From NCBI GenBank assembly GCA_963665115.1, contig OY762007.1:3520001-3584000 (forward strand): a stretch of 64,000 nt of DNA. Direction: 5' to 3'. This DNA comes from an uncultured Rivularia sp. (GTDB lineage Bacteria > Cyanobacteriota > Cyanobacteriia > Cyanobacteriales > Nostocaceae). Below are positions 63,499-64,000 of this stretch, in pieces; within the stretch, counting starts at the first letter, position 1, and each line of letters starts with the position of its first letter. Both the position numbers and the translations under genes were made by a program. The notes below the pieces were generated by a model. That model was not told where the DNA came from. It saw only the letters and a program-made list of their open reading frames with translations, and did not search any database.

Positions 63499-64000
63499 GT
63501 GTTTGTATAATTTTATAATTTGAATTTTAAGCGTAATACTTTTTTATTTTATTCTTACTGCCTTCCCGCTCTATAATTATCTATCTCTCTTTATCTCTTT
63601 CCTCTGCGCTCTCTGCGCGCCACTTGCCTGACTGTCGGGGAACCCCTCCGGGTTCAACACTTTGATGGCAGCCGGGGAACCCTTCCACCGCAAGTGTTTC
63701 ACCGCCCAACGCAGTGGCTTGTCAAGCATCGGTTTTTTATCTCCGTAATCTTCTGCCGGGAAGAAAGTTTATAAATGTATTACAGATCATTTAGGATTGC
63801 GATCTTATATTCTATTCTTCTATTCTAACTATTCTCAAAAACTATATTATATACAGCTAAAGTTAATCGATAAACACAAACAAATAAGACATTTTGTCAT
63901 ACATCAATAAAAATAATTGATACACTTGATGTCATGATTTACAACCAAGAAAAATAAATTTTATTACCAAAAATAATTAGAATATTTGTTGCAATATTAC

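Overview
Chromosomal window of a filamentous, probably heterocyst-forming (Nostocales-like) cyanobacterium. The evidence is many HIP1 octamers (GCGATCGC), heptamer STRR tracts between genes, and the conserved sixA-gltA-ndhAIGE-nadK and purK-6S RNA arrangements. Most of the window is housekeeping: tRNA-Leu, alr, an HNH nuclease, NDH-1 subunits, an M16 peptidase pair, radC, a PRK paralogue, cbiG-cobJ, menH, hhoA, dapB, sufE and a COG0523 GTPase + WD40 pair. The main accessory block is a ~16 kb Wzx/Wzy-type exopolysaccharide cluster (21475-37627). It contains a stand-alone NRPS-like enzyme (half-C, A, T, TE) whose A-domain code, read by eye, points to a basic amino acid; this is the best candidate for an undescribed system (aminoacylation of a polysaccharide). 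Other notable items: a direct-repeat operator shared by two EPS promoter regions; two secreted GCxCxxC microproteins flanking the COG0523/WD40 genes; a 184-bp IS200/IS605-type miniature element that appears to keep the TnpB omegaRNA scaffold; a PGRP-type amidase/lipoprotein cassette resembling an effector-immunity pair; a putative permuted papain-like protein; and several MITEs and nested repeats. Seven genes carry single frameshifts in short homopolymers, most likely sequencing errors. All functional calls are from motif recognition by eye; no database searches were run.
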